DNA from: Marsupella aquatica
Lineage: Eukaryota > Plantae > Marchantiophyta
Direction of reading: 5' to 3'
DNA length: 64,000 nt
Assembly (NCBI GenBank): GCA_973895155.1
Contig: OZ316893.1
Location: 6,021,139-6,085,138, forward strand
This document shows, in pieces, positions 61,873 through 64,000 of the stretch. Each line of letters opens with the position of its first letter. Positions within the stretch are counted from its first letter, which is position 1. The notes beneath the pieces are model-generated. The model was not told where the DNA came from. It searched no databases and saw nothing but the letters and a program-made list of their open reading frames with translations. A program made the position numbers and the translations under genes.

Positions 61873-64000
61873 TTACGGACCCCACTAGAGGTTCCTTCCA
61901 AAATTCCTGGCACCACAGCGTGCCACGTCAGCAACAACCGCAACAAACAAGAATGGTCATGTTTGCGCAACGAATAAACTCCTCTCCATCTTGTTTACGT
62001 CGCTTTTTGTGTAATTTTATGGACGTCGTGCCGTCAAAACATAATGTAAAAGTAATTAAAAGTAGTTCATCCAAATCTATTGATACAAAGGGCGAGATTA
62101 AAAACATTCACCCATATTTTCTTTACTTAAATTTATAAATGTTTTTTTATAAAAGTAAATAGTGTTCAACGTAAACAGTAACCGTATTCTTGTGTAACTG
62201 CCGCAATAAAACCGTCAGAACAAAAGAAGCACATCAACATTTTGAAAGGGAAGAAGGCTTTTGATGAAAGTAATGAAAAGAGGAAAGCTCGAAAGGAGTT
62301 TCGCCTCTCAAAGTGCAAAGTAAAGAGGAATGCTGGAGAAACAAAATCAAAAAAGATCAGAAGCCGAATGAAGAAAGCAAAAATGAGAACTGATCGAGGA
62401 CAGAAAAGAGGCGCAACACATCTTAATCAGAAACAAATAGATCGAGCAGAAAGAAGGAGAAGCAAAGGGAATCGATAAGGACATTGACAAGATTGATAAG
62501 GACTGATCGACCTCAACTACTCTAGCAGATCACTGAAGCTCAACGTAGTAGTCCACTACAATCCATCCCGCCCCCAATCCACACTGCAAGGAGCGCACCT
62601 CCGCGCCACAACCTCTGTACGCGCTCTCATTGTTGATTTTGATTGTTGATTTTGATCGAAGCTGCCCCATCAAAGATTGTTAACAAACAAACGATCAAAT
62701 CAGGAAGAGAACGACTGCGATTTGAACCAAAAGAGGCCATGGCGAAGTGAAAGCGATACAAAAGGGCGAGATACAAAAGGAAGAGATACAAAAGGGCGAG
62801 AGAGACTAACACAACGCCCCGATGATCCAGAGAACAACAGAAAATTGAAAGAGTAAATTCCGTCTGCATACGACAATGCTTGCTAGTTGCTACCCAGGCT
62901 GGATCATGATTGATTGATTGCTGCCCCAGTTGCTACGTGACTAGCAACGAATGCAGGACAGAACTCTAATCTAGCCATACACGACAGGAGAGGACAGTAG
63001 CCATGCACGACAGGGGAGGTAATTGCTTACGCAGGGCATGGCCTGGTGACGCATTTTAGCAGTAGATTCACCTTTGTGAAGCTTTTTGTGTAAGTTGGAG
63101 TTCCCTCTCGGCAGCGTGTTGGTGGCTCTTAACTTTACTGCGCCTTGAGATTTCCCACCATGTTTTTCCAGATAGATTTTTTTGTTCGAGTGGGCCATAC
63201 ACGATCGGGGCAGAGAAGAGCTGTAAGGCAGCGACCTGAGCAGAAGAAAAAGGCAAAAGCAGATCGATCGAACAAGGTCACTTTCTTATGAGCACCTCCT
63301 TGTCAAACACACTGAGTAATTAATTGTCATTCTCGGGCGAGAACTGTAAACATGTGGAGTCGAGTTAGGAACGGATTTGTCCTCAGCATGGAGTCAGTGC
63401 TCAATAATAGACTCTTCGCCCTTGGGGACTGTAATATCATGTGCTTTCAGGAATTGAAGTCAGCAACATACACTTTCGCAGTCATTTATAGCCAAACTTG
63501 CTGACGACGTCCACTTGGCAATTGCAATGTTGTCCCTAAACTGGCACCTCAAAATTCATGTTCAGTGTCAAGTAGTTTGGCCAAGACTTGCACCAAAGCG
63601 CCTATGATTAGGGCATTCACCATTTTTTCCTTCACGAGCAAGGAAACTAACTTATACTATACATCAAATAGCTACAGTTGAAATGCCTCCATGTATTGAG
63701 ATTCTATAGCCTCGAACTTAGCGACTTCCCACAAGCCGATCTTGAAAGGATAGCAAATGAACAATCATCTTGATTAAGCTGGCCCAAAAAAGTCAGTTGT
63801 TTCCATGATGTAGTACAAGTTTCATTTTTCAGAACAATGTGGTGTATCATGCAAAAACAAATGACAAGTCCCAATAAAAATACTTATTGTCGGAAACATA
63901 TTTATCTATATCAATAATTATCTACTTTTTAACACATTTTTAATTTGTATCAATAACTATCCACTTTTCAATCTCAATCGAATAAAAACAGGTGGGGGTC
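61873..64000 (+). mobile_element. Putative non-autonomous DNA transposon (TTAC(A/G)GACCCC family); right end at the window edge
   Basis: Starts ttacggaccccac. The window ends gtgggggtc, nearly the reverse complement of that terminus. The left subterminal region resembles 1-278 (reverse complement). No transposase seen. Confidence 0.45.

Overview
Nuclear DNA of a land plant: spliceosomal GT-AG genes, TTTAGGG repeats and plant-type TEs. A non-seed plant is my guess from the TE and gene style; it is not established. Four host genes are supported: a 4-exon UDP-glycosyltransferase (1542-3811, -), a multi-exon alpha/beta-hydrolase (~32856-37796, -), a 6-exon mitochondrial-type ARM-like protein (50968-53221, -) and signal peptidase subunit SPC12/SPCS1 (59344-59649, +). 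The left third is a three-level TE nest: a probable non-autonomous Helitron (4982-26715, -) contains a Ty1/copia element (6856-26182, TSD GTTCT), which contains a 13.4-kb Ty3/gypsy element (7217-20593, TSD GCATG) inserted at the copia primer-binding site. The gypsy element is the most unusual object. Each ~1.86-kb LTR encodes a protein that aligns by eye to the RPA70 C-terminal OB-fold/Zn-ribbon ssDNA-binding domain. Several small ORFs precede gag. Gag-pol runs in one frame into a ~1150-aa post-integrase tail with a plant-mobile-domain-like segment and a coiled coil. The rest holds a truncated LINE with a 16-bp TSD, hAT- and Mutator-type MITEs, LTR remnants and short tandem repeats. All homology calls come from motif recognition by eye; no searches were run, and mismatch counts are manual.
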